Below the pieces are notes generated by a model. That model was not told the origin of the DNA, ran no database searches, and was given only the letters and a program-made list of their open reading frames with translations. A program made the position numbers and the translations under genes. A stretch of DNA of 64,000 nucleotides from Actinomycetota bacterium (GTDB lineage Bacteria; Actinomycetota; Aquicultoria; Subteraquimicrobiales; UBA9087), in NCBI GenBank assembly GCA_030019215.1, contig JASEEZ010000007.1, forward strand, positions 2,521-66,520. The letters run 5' to 3'. Shown here piece after piece: positions 56,530 to 64,000 of this stretch. Position 1 is the stretch's first letter. Every line of letters begins with the position of its first letter.

Positions 56530-57279
56530 GTGAGATATAAGGCAATCTTCTTTGATGTGGGAAATACCCTTCTTTATCCCTATCCTTCAGTGGGGGCGGT
56601 TTGCGCTGAGGTATTGGCGAGCCATGGCTACAATGTTCCCTTGGATCGGTTGGCGGAGGCGCTCTCCCGCGCTGATGAGTATTATGAGGAGAAGTATAGG
56701 GAGGATGATACCTTCTGGCTCACTGAAGAACGAGCTATCTCTCTCTGGATGGATCTGTACGCCCTGGTTATGGTGAAGGTGGGGCTGTCGGCGGAACCCC
56801 ATCTATCCGCCGGTGGCGGGGGAGGTGAGAGTGAAGCTTCCCGGATGGCCAGAGAGATCTATGATGAGTTTGGGCATTCGGAGCGATGGAGAACCTATCC
56901 CGATGTCCTTCCCGTTTTGCGGGAGCTTAAGGAGAGGGGCTTTATCCTGGGCATCATCTCCAACTGGGATACACGGCTTCCCTCGCTGTGCGTGGAGCTT
57001 GGGTTCTCTTCCCTCCTGTCCTTCGTCATCGCCTCGGCGGCGGTGGGGAGCCTAAAACCACAACTCCGGATATTTGAGTTAGGACTGCGACGAGCTGGCG
57101 TCGGGGCATCGGAGGCCATTCATGTGGGAGATCACTACTATGCCGATGTTATGGGAGCGAGGTGTGCGGGTATCACCCCCATTCTGATAGATCGCGAAAA
57201 AAGGGGTATTAAGTCCGACTGTCCGGTCATCGAGAGCTTGGATGAACTCCTCTCGTGCAATTTGTTGCGGACCGGCTGA
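56530..57279 (+). CDS. HAD-superfamily hydrolase
   Basis: FFDVGNTL, ISNWD and VGDHYYADVMGA motifs. Confidence 0.85.
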   Translation: MRYKAIFFDVGNTLLYPYPSVGAVCAEVLASHGYNVPLDRLAEALSRADEYYEEKYREDDTFWLTEERAISLWMDLYALVMVKVGLSAEPHLSAGGGGGESEASRMAREIYDEFGHSERWRTYPDVLPVLRELKERGFILGIISNWDTRLPSLCVELGFSSLLSFVIASAAVGSLKPQLRIFELGLRRAGVGASEAIHVGDHYYADVMGARCAGITPILIDREKRGIKSDCPVIESLDELLSCNLLRTG

Positions 57280-57412
57280 TAGTTCAGCCCAAGGGAAGAA
57301 TTATCTTTTGAAGGCAACCTGCTTCGTCCTTCGTAAATTGCAAACTTCAGTTGTATTATTAACAAGATGGGTTGACACTATGGTCGGGGTGAAGTGCTCC
57401 GAAAACACCCCG

Positions 57413-57438
57413 CAAACCCCGCCGACGGCGGGGTTTTT
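57413..57438 (+). terminator. Intrinsic terminator-like hairpin
   Basis: aaaccccgcc-gac-ggcggggttttt. Confidence 0.55.
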
Positions 57439-57577
57439 CTTTACCTGGGTGAAAGGTCTGCCTGTCGGCGGATGGGAGAATCTCTGTAGGATTGACTGGA
57501 GAAGGTTTCTTCCCTATATTAAGCTTATAATTGTGGTTCTTTTCCAGAAATAATGGGTAGAAACCACTATGGTAAGT

Positions 57578-57768
57578 AAAGCGCAAAGAGAACTTTAGGA
57601 TTCAGGGATTCTAGGAGTCAAGGGGTCAAGTGAAAATCTTAGAAAAATACAACACTCAAATCCTCGAATCCTCGACTCCTCGAATCCTTCTATGAGCAAC
57701 TCTTTTGAGAAAAGAACAAGATTAAAAGTTTACCCACTAAAAATGGGGAAGAACTACAATTATTAGCG
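57578..57768. repeat. Heptamer-hairpin element plus conserved tail, copy B
   Basis: See copy A at 52552-52749. Arms are aggattc agggatt ctaggag tcaaggg gtcaagt and aatcctc gaatcctc gactcct cgaatcc. Confidence 0.8.
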
Positions 57769-58242
57769 ATGGATGGGTGGTATCCTTTGAATATCGAGCA
57801 AGAGTTGACGGAAGGTTGGGAAAAAGCTGAGGAGCTCGAACAGAAATTGATCAACAAGACCGAGAGTCTGGAGGAGCAACTCGTTTTTCTTAAAGCTCAA
57901 GTGGATGAGTTGGCTACGAAATTGGAGCGTGAGTCCAAGAAGTCAATTCGGGTGGAGCTTCTGGCCAGGCTGTGTCTTCTCTCCGAGCTTTACTCAGTCA
58001 CCGATTTCGATCGCATGATCGAGATCAGAGAAAGGTTTCAGGAACTTTTGCCCGGGCATTTCGGTGAATATCTTGCTCACTTGAAGACCCTCTCCTGGCA
58101 TGTCTCCTGGTCGGGTTGTCTGAGTTGCCGTCACTTTCTGGGTCGGTGCAATTTGAATTTAACCCCTGTGGAGGTGCCTGGCGACGAACATCGTCTGGAG
58201 AAGACTTGCCCCTCGTGGGTAAGGAGGTCAAGAAAGGTCTAA
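57769..58242 (+). CDS. Hypothetical protein with an N-terminal coiled coil and a C-terminal Cys cluster
   Basis: 157-aa ORF with CLSCRHFLGRC...EKTCPSW. Confidence 0.45.
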   Translation: MDGWYPLNIEQELTEGWEKAEELEQKLINKTESLEEQLVFLKAQVDELATKLERESKKSIRVELLARLCLLSELYSVTDFDRMIEIRERFQELLPGHFGEYLAHLKTLSWHVSWSGCLSCRHFLGRCNLNLTPVEVPGDEHRLEKTCPSWVRRSRKV

Positions 58243-58258
58243 AGGGGCGCTGGATGGA

Positions 58259-58513
58259 TTAGGTCTCTTCCGCGCAGGGCTCAGAACAGGTCGAAGGACA
58301 TGCTGGCTGGGACTCGGCCGTTGCCCCCTTGGGTTTATTGCAGTAGTCGGTTTTGTGAAAGCCGGAGCCCTTGAAGATTATCCTCACGGGGTAAAATACC
58401 CTTTCAATGTTCCCCCCACAGCTTTTACAGGTTGTGGGGGAGGGGTCATTCACCCGCTGAAGGATCTCAAAAGTATCTTTGCATTTTTTGCACCTATATC
58501 CATAAATGGGCAT
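58259..58513 (-). CDS. FmdB-family zinc-ribbon protein
   Basis: MPIYGYRCKKCKDTFEILQ...CKSCGG. Confidence 0.8.
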   Translation of the reverse strand: MPIYGYRCKKCKDTFEILQRVNDPSPTTCKSCGGNIERVFYPVRIIFKGSGFHKTDYCNKPKGATAESQPACPSTCSEPCAEET

Positions 58514-58625
58514 TTATCCTCCCGGGACGTTTAAGGATAGACGTTTAAGGATAGATTTTACCCGCCATTTTTCGTTTGTCAAGAAAGCTCTTGTAGATGA
58601 AATTCTTGCGGGACGGACGGCGGGG

Positions 58626-61019
58626 TTATTCCAGGCTGAGGTGGCTTAAGCCGCTTTCGTCTTCCCGAACGGTTATCACGTGCTCCATGGATTCCTTTAC
58701 GTCTTCGACGTGGGTTATCAAAAAGATCTGCCTGAACTGATTGGAGAGTTTGGCCAGAGCTCGCATTATGTTGTTCTTGCGAAGGGAGTCTTGGCTGCCG
58801 AATATCTCATCCAGCACAATAAAGCCAAAATCGGTGCCACTTCTCTCGGTCATGAGTTGGGAGATTGCCAGGCGAAGGCACAGATTGGCTAGATCCTTTT
58901 CCCCACCCGAGAATCGCTCGATTGAGAACCTTTCACCGTCGTCGTAAAGATAAACCTCGTAATCGTCGTCCAGTTCCATCTCTAAGTATTTACCATCGGT
59001 CAGTTGGCGAAGCAGCTCGCTGGCTTTTTGCGAAAGAGCGGGGCAGATGCTTCCAATGAGATACTTTCTGAAATCGGCGAAGATGGATTTAAGCTGGTCA
59101 AGATATTGTCGCTCTTTGGTCAGGTCTCCTATCTCCTTTCGCTTTTTCTTGCATTCATCGATGTTTTTTTTGAGATTTTCTATGGCTAAAGAAGAGATTT
59201 CGCATTTGTGCTGGATGTCCTTGGCCATAAGTTGGGCTTGGTGATGCTCCTTTTGGCTGACCTCGTAATCTTGCTGCAGTTGTTCGTACTTTTCCTGGGA
59301 GAAAGCGAGCTTCTGGCCGGTTTTTTTAATTTCATCCAATTCCACCTCAAGGTCTTTAATTTTCTGCCTTGCGGTACTTATGCTCGATTCAACTTCTGGC
59401 AGTCTTTCTAGGGCTGCCCTAATCTTTAGAACCTCGTCCCTCTTTACCGAGAGGTCTTCCAACCGTTTTGTGAGCTTAAGGTGTTTTTGCTCATCGTATG
59501 GGACAATCTTGGTTTCCTTGAGGCGTCTTTCCAGCTGGTCGATTTCGGACTGGTTTTGTTTCATCATTTTTTTGAGGAACTTCAGTTCCTGATTTTTGTC
59601 GCGGAGCGAACTTCTCTTCTCCTCCAATTTTTCCTGTTTCCCCTTCGCTTCGGCGATGGTTTTGGCCAGACCTTCCTCATCTCGGCCTAGTCTTTTGAGC
59701 GCCGCTGTGTTTTGGGCCATTTTAGCCTGGCTAGTCCTTATTTCCTCCTCGAAGTGGTTCTTTATGGCTTGAAAATCTTCACCTAGTGGCCGGAAGCAGG
59801 TGGGGCATTTGCTTTCTGGGCCAAGTTTGTCGATTTCATCTCGGTGTTTGGTTATCTTCGTGAGTTCGCCTTGGAGGTTGTCGAGGGAGGTTTTCAGGTG
59901 TTGTTTTTTCGTCTTGAGTTTTTCCGACTTTGCCTGTTGCGAGAGAAGGGATGTCCCCAGTTTTTCGAGACTGCTCTCAACACCCCCGAGTTCGCCCACC
60001 GCTTTTTCGAGGCTTTTTGTTTTCGACAGATTTTGCTCGACGGTTTTGGTGAGAACGTCCCGGCGCGCAGTCAGCTCCTCCAGCAGCTTCCGCTGATTCT
60101 TGATGCATTCCCAGTCGTCACATTCTCTCTTGACCCGTTCATATTGAGTCACCATCGGTTCGAGCTCTTTCAGCCCGCTCTTTCGCTGCAAAAGGTTCTT
60201 TTGTTCGGCGAAGTGTTGCTCGAGACTATTTTTAGCTCCATTTAACTCGCTTTTTTTGACGGTGTATCTCTGGACCAAGTTGGTGTGTTTTTCCTTCTTA
60301 CTCTGCTCCTTCTCGAAACTTCCCTTGAGCTTTTCATATTTTCGGGAAAGCCTTTTTTCCATCTCCAGTTGAGCTGTAAGCTTCTTCTCGAGCTCGCCTT
60401 TGTTGACCTCTTCGGTTTTGAGTTCGGCTTCCAAGGCATTTATATCGGCCAGAGATGCCCGGAGGGTTTTGGTGCGGGTATCGATGTCTCTGACCCCCTG
60501 CCGTAACAACTCGATGGCTTTGTCGATGTCGTCGATGCCGAGCATTCGGATGATTAAATTCTTGCGATCCGCAGGCTGGAGATCTGAAAGGGCATTTAGC
60601 TCCTTCTGTTTGGCGAAGAAGCTGGTGAAGAAGGCTTCTCTATCCATACCCAGCAGTCTGGTTGCGTATTCCAAGGTGGCTTGAGTTCCCCTGGCCACTG
60701 GTTTCTTGTCTGCATGGATGGCGGCATCGGAGGAAAGACTAGTCCCTCTCATTTCGCGAATGATCTGGTAGTGAGTGTCGGCGATTTCCATATTCAGGAT
60801 CACCTGGCATATCTCCCTCAGCGAGGACCCTTGCCTCTTGATGTGCTCTTTGGTTGTGCGAGCGGCTGGATTGCCGTAGAGGGCCCAGGCAATGGCCTCC
60901 ATCAATGATGACTTCCCGGCGCCATTTGGTCCCACGATGCCGATCAGTCCGTCTGGGAAGTCGGCCGATTCATCCGAATATTTACGGTAGTTTTTTACTT
61001 CCAGGCCAACTAACCTCAT
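58626..61019 (-). CDS. rad50: Rad50/SbcC-type SMC-like ATPase with a zinc hook
   Basis: Walker A GPNGAGKSS, long coiled coil, hook CPTC, signature FSGGEKD, Walker B FIVLDEIF. Confidence 0.85.
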   Translation of the reverse strand: MRLVGLEVKNYRKYSDESADFPDGLIGIVGPNGAGKSSLMEAIAWALYGNPAARTTKEHIKRQGSSLREICQVILNMEIADTHYQIIREMRGTSLSSDAAIHADKKPVARGTQATLEYATRLLGMDREAFFTSFFAKQKELNALSDLQPADRKNLIIRMLGIDDIDKAIELLRQGVRDIDTRTKTLRASLADINALEAELKTEEVNKGELEKKLTAQLEMEKRLSRKYEKLKGSFEKEQSKKEKHTNLVQRYTVKKSELNGAKNSLEQHFAEQKNLLQRKSGLKELEPMVTQYERVKRECDDWECIKNQRKLLEELTARRDVLTKTVEQNLSKTKSLEKAVGELGGVESSLEKLGTSLLSQQAKSEKLKTKKQHLKTSLDNLQGELTKITKHRDEIDKLGPESKCPTCFRPLGEDFQAIKNHFEEEIRTSQAKMAQNTAALKRLGRDEEGLAKTIAEAKGKQEKLEEKRSSLRDKNQELKFLKKMMKQNQSEIDQLERRLKETKIVPYDEQKHLKLTKRLEDLSVKRDEVLKIRAALERLPEVESSISTARQKIKDLEVELDEIKKTGQKLAFSQEKYEQLQQDYEVSQKEHHQAQLMAKDIQHKCEISSLAIENLKKNIDECKKKRKEIGDLTKERQYLDQLKSIFADFRKYLIGSICPALSQKASELLRQLTDGKYLEMELDDDYEVYLYDDGERFSIERFSGGEKDLANLCLRLAISQLMTERSGTDFGFIVLDEIFGSQDSLRKNNIMRALAKLSNQFRQIFLITHVEDVKESMEHVITVREDESGLSHLSLE

Positions 61020-61060
61020 CCTTCAACTCCGTTCAGGATGACCCTGAGTACGTCGAAGGG

Positions 61061-62242
61061 TCATTCTTCCTCACCGGCTTTCCGGAGATACTTCAGACCC
61101 AACTCGAGCAGTTTTTCTTTGTCTTTTTCTACAATTGTCTTGGACATGAACTCGCGGAACTCATCCGGTAGATTCCCGATTGACTTTGCCCCGATGTCCA
61201 TCGGGGTGATTTGCTCCTCTCCATCTTTGTTATATCTAATCTCGAAGTGGAGGGCGGGGACGGTGAGAGTTCCGAGGCGTGCGAAATCAAGGGCATTGTA
61301 AGTGGGTGTGGAGATATTATTCACGGTCAGACGAACTATCGCCCCGCCAACGGCGGGGTTAATTACCCTTTCGATCGCCTGCATGGCGGAGTCGGCATCC
61401 ATTCCTTGGGCGTTGATTTCCGGCAGGTCTATCATCGGGCGGATTTCGAGGGGGTGGAAGTTGACCTCTTTCTCGGACAGATCCACCTCCAGGAAGCCTT
61501 TTTCCTGCCCAACCTCGTTGAAGGTCAATCTCTCCGTGGAGCCGACATAGTAGGCATTTTCCTGGACCTGGGTGCATTTGTGGTAGTGGCCCAGCGCTAT
61601 GTAGTCGAGCTCTGGTTTCAGGTAAGCGGTGGGCACTTCTTGTTCATTGAACTCGCCCATGGAGAATTCTTTTACCCCGGCGATGGCGGCATGGAGCATG
61701 AGGACGTTGTACCCCTGAGCACTCAGAGTGCTGAGTGCTCGGTTGAGTTGGGCCAGATTGGCCTCGAAATCTGCTTTGGTAAGACATTGGGGAATAGCGT
61801 GGATGGTCAAATCCCCCCGATGTATCGGGGGGCTGGAGCCCCGCCGGTGGCGGGGCGAAGCTTTGATGGAAATGGTCTCATATCTTCCTTTGTAGACCGG
61901 AAAGAAGTTGGGGAAGAGGGTGAAAAGCTGAAAGACACTGCCCGTATCGCGCATCCTCGGCATCGAGTGATTTCCCGCGATGATTACCACGGGTATCCCG
62001 ACCGTGCTCAGGCGGAGGAGCTGCTCTAGTGCCAGGGATAGGGAGCGGTTGCTGGGTCTCACGCTGTCGAAAAGGTCCCCGGTGTGGAGGACCACATCTG
62101 GGGAAATTTCCAGGATTTTATCTATAGCCTGCTTGAAGACGGCGAAGATATCGGCCTCACGCTGATTGATCCCCAATTCGGGATCGAGACTGCGATAGGC
62201 GGTATATCCTAGATGTGTATCCGAGATGTGGACCACTCTCAT
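61061..62242 (-). CDS. mre11: Mre11/SbcD-type nuclease
   Basis: VHISDTHLG, GDLFD, GNHS and GHYH motifs. Confidence 0.85.
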   Translation of the reverse strand: MRVVHISDTHLGYTAYRSLDPELGINQREADIFAVFKQAIDKILEISPDVVLHTGDLFDSVRPSNRSLSLALEQLLRLSTVGIPVVIIAGNHSMPRMRDTGSVFQLFTLFPNFFPVYKGRYETISIKASPRHRRGSSPPIHRGDLTIHAIPQCLTKADFEANLAQLNRALSTLSAQGYNVLMLHAAIAGVKEFSMGEFNEQEVPTAYLKPELDYIALGHYHKCTQVQENAYYVGSTERLTFNEVGQEKGFLEVDLSEKEVNFHPLEIRPMIDLPEINAQGMDADSAMQAIERVINPAVGGAIVRLTVNNISTPTYNALDFARLGTLTVPALHFEIRYNKDGEEQITPMDIGAKSIGNLPDEFREFMSKTIVEKDKEKLLELGLKYLRKAGEEE

Positions 62243-63838
62243 TTAAAAGAATCCCTCGTCCGTTTCGATTTTTTGATCTCCGACTTCCGACTTCCGATCC
62301 CCGACTGTTTTTTTGATCCAGTCCTCGTAGAGATGGATCTTGGCCGGAATGGCGAAGGGCGTCTCAGGGGAGGTGATCAGGGCTTCTCCTGCCATCAGGG
62401 TCTGTATCTCCTTTCCCAACGAGGAGATGTCCTGCTTGGCGGAGCTCTTGAGGATGGCTCTATCCCCTTCATCAGCTAGCCCCAGGATGAATAAAGTGTT
62501 GAATTGGGATAGCAGTTCCTCGTCGATGAGCTTCGGTTGCTGAGTAATGGCGCAAAGGCCGGTTTTAAACTTTCTTCCCTCCCTGGTAATTTGGGCGAAT
62601 ATGCCCAGATTGCCCTCGTTCCCCTTTCCCAGAACCCTCTGGGCCTCCTCGAGCACGATTAATGCGGGAAGGACCTTTTTGAATTTGGCCGGGTTTTGGT
62701 AGGTCTCCTTGTTCATCTCAAACACGGCACGGGTAATGACGGCACTGGTTAATAGCTCCTCATCCTGGCGCATGTTCGAGGTGTCTATTAGCACCAGCTT
62801 TCCCTCGCGGAGGTCCTTGATGACATTTCTGGTGATGGAGATGGAGGCATCGGCATGGACGAAAGGAAGCCTCACGATGTGTTCGGCGCGCCTTTTCAGA
62901 ACCGACAGAGTACCCTGGTGGAAGGCGGTGGCGCCGATTCTGGATGATATCTCTTCGATCTCTTCGCTGGCCAGGGCGGTCAACCACCCCAGACGGTAGC
63001 GGTGAGTTATGGCATAGAGGGCCTCCATTTGAGGTCCGGAGAAGTCGTAAATTTGCCGAAGATCCTCAATGCGGATCTCCTGGGAACTTATTTTCAATTG
63101 ATTGTAGGGGCCCGAAAGTTTCCTTGAGCTGTAGACTCGCAGTCTCTCCGGAGCCCCCGGTGCATCCTTAAGGCCCTTACGTGCGGGGTCTCCCCCGCCA
63201 TCGTAGTATTCGCCGTGGGGATCGAGGATGAGAAGACTGTATTTTCCGGTCTCCATCACAGCCGCAGCCAATGTCTTCATTAAATTGCTCTTTCCCATGC
63301 CTGTAGTAGCGAAGACCCCAATGTGATAAGGGAAAAGGTCACCCTTTATGCCCACGGGAAAGTCCAATACCCCCTCGCCGCTGCGCAAGCTTCCGATCGT
63401 TATGTCCCCGAGGTATTCCTTCAAGAACTCAAAGTCCTGGATAGTGGGTGGGGTCACGCGCGAAAAGTGAGAGGGGATGGTCTTCGGTTTGTGAAATTTA
63501 CCGTTTTTTACGTAACCCAAGGGGATACACTGTCTCGTCTTGTAAAGCCGGCGTTCCTTGTCGTGGAGGGCGAAGGGTTGTTCGATTGTGTCCATGAGCA
63601 TCATGTTTCCCGCCGTTCGAATAGGCCATTCGGGGTTGCTCGCCTCCACGCCGTATTTTATGTCCACCACTCGCAGGAGGAACCTCACTCCTCTTTCCAC
63701 ATCCTCGGCTACGAGGATGTCTCCCAGAAAGAGGTCTTCGGAGTAGAACGACCTGAACTCGATCTCCAATACGCTTTTCCCGGTTAGTCGACCCTTATAC
63801 ACGGTATCTCCTTGCTTCTTGTCTCTGGCCCCTGGCAA
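62243..63838 (-). CDS. herA: HerA-type (FtsK/HerA superfamily) hexameric ATPase/helicase
   Basis: HAS-barrel-like N-terminus, Walker A TTGMGKSN, Walker B LIVLEEAQ. Its stop abuts the mre11 start. Confidence 0.75.
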   Translation of the reverse strand: MPGARDKKQGDTVYKGRLTGKSVLEIEFRSFYSEDLFLGDILVAEDVERGVRFLLRVVDIKYGVEASNPEWPIRTAGNMMLMDTIEQPFALHDKERRLYKTRQCIPLGYVKNGKFHKPKTIPSHFSRVTPPTIQDFEFLKEYLGDITIGSLRSGEGVLDFPVGIKGDLFPYHIGVFATTGMGKSNLMKTLAAAVMETGKYSLLILDPHGEYYDGGGDPARKGLKDAPGAPERLRVYSSRKLSGPYNQLKISSQEIRIEDLRQIYDFSGPQMEALYAITHRYRLGWLTALASEEIEEISSRIGATAFHQGTLSVLKRRAEHIVRLPFVHADASISITRNVIKDLREGKLVLIDTSNMRQDEELLTSAVITRAVFEMNKETYQNPAKFKKVLPALIVLEEAQRVLGKGNEGNLGIFAQITREGRKFKTGLCAITQQPKLIDEELLSQFNTLFILGLADEGDRAILKSSAKQDISSLGKEIQTLMAGEALITSPETPFAIPAKIHLYEDWIKKTVGDRKSEVGDQKIETDEGFF

Positions 63839-63850
63839 CTGTCAACTACT

Positions 63851-64000
63851 TATTCGCTCACGTCCAGCAGTTCATGAAAGTCTGCGAAGAGTGTCTCCCA
63901 TTCCTCCATCCGAACACCCTCTTCAAGGGCAAAGCTTTGAAGGCGGTAGTAAAAGTCTTCTATCTGGGCGGGCTCGATCCTTACCCTGTTGTGGATCGCC
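63851..64000 (-). CDS. 3' end of an upstream gene in the same operon (NurA would be expected by analogy; I could not confirm it)
   Basis: Open frame to the window edge, with the stop 12 nt before the herA start. Only 49 residues are visible. Confidence 0.4.

Noticed and set aside
61211-62029. 272-aa plus-strand ORF
   Set aside because: It is antisense to the motif-supported mre11/sbcD gene.

Overview
This 64-kb window looks like ordinary chromosome from an anaerobic, possibly thermophilic bacterium. That lifestyle call is inferred from gene content only. I saw no rRNA, transposase, integrase, prophage or CRISPR array.

Gene order:
- A NuoE/NuoF-like flavoprotein pair, a CBS protein, and a formate dehydrogenase alpha subunit read through an in-frame TGA (selenocysteine).
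- A frameshifted GT2, an ECF S-component, an EamA transporter and hypE-hypD-hypC.
- An intein-containing class II ribonucleotide reductase, then a hypF broken at two places.
- CooT, DUF3842, trxA/trxB, exported proteins, a DUF72 remnant, archaeal-type PEP carboxylase and Lon.
- selA-selB-tRNA(Sec).
- A duplicated Cys-rich small gene flanking a secreted tandem beta-sandwich protein.
- A Moco-riboswitch-like leader with moaA-moaC, then amidase, YjbQ, a deacetylase, tRNA-Pro and a GGDEF protein.
- An 11-gene Mrp/Mnh-like operon with three MrpD paralogues, a His-rich membrane protein and an extended MrpA-like subunit.
- A small RHH/RHH/twin-CW module, then GNAT, BON, receiver, translin-like and HAD genes.
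- An archaeal-style herA-mre11-rad50 operon.

The most unusual signal is not a gene. Many intergenic gaps are filled by phase-locked arrays of degenerate heptanucleotides that also form heptamer-level palindromes. The same kind of 7-nt tracts sits inside coding regions (hypF twice, the moaC 5' end, the herA 3' end). Two GC-hairpin families (CCCCGCC-N3-GGCGGGG and CCCCCGAT-N3-ATCGGGGG) are dispersed through the window, some of them inside ORFs.

Caveat: at least five genes need a 1-nt frame correction, four of them at or close to short homopolymer runs (the DUF72 remnant's break was not localised). Assembly indel error therefore competes with every frameshift interpretation below. I ran no database searches; all family calls come from motifs I recognise by eye.
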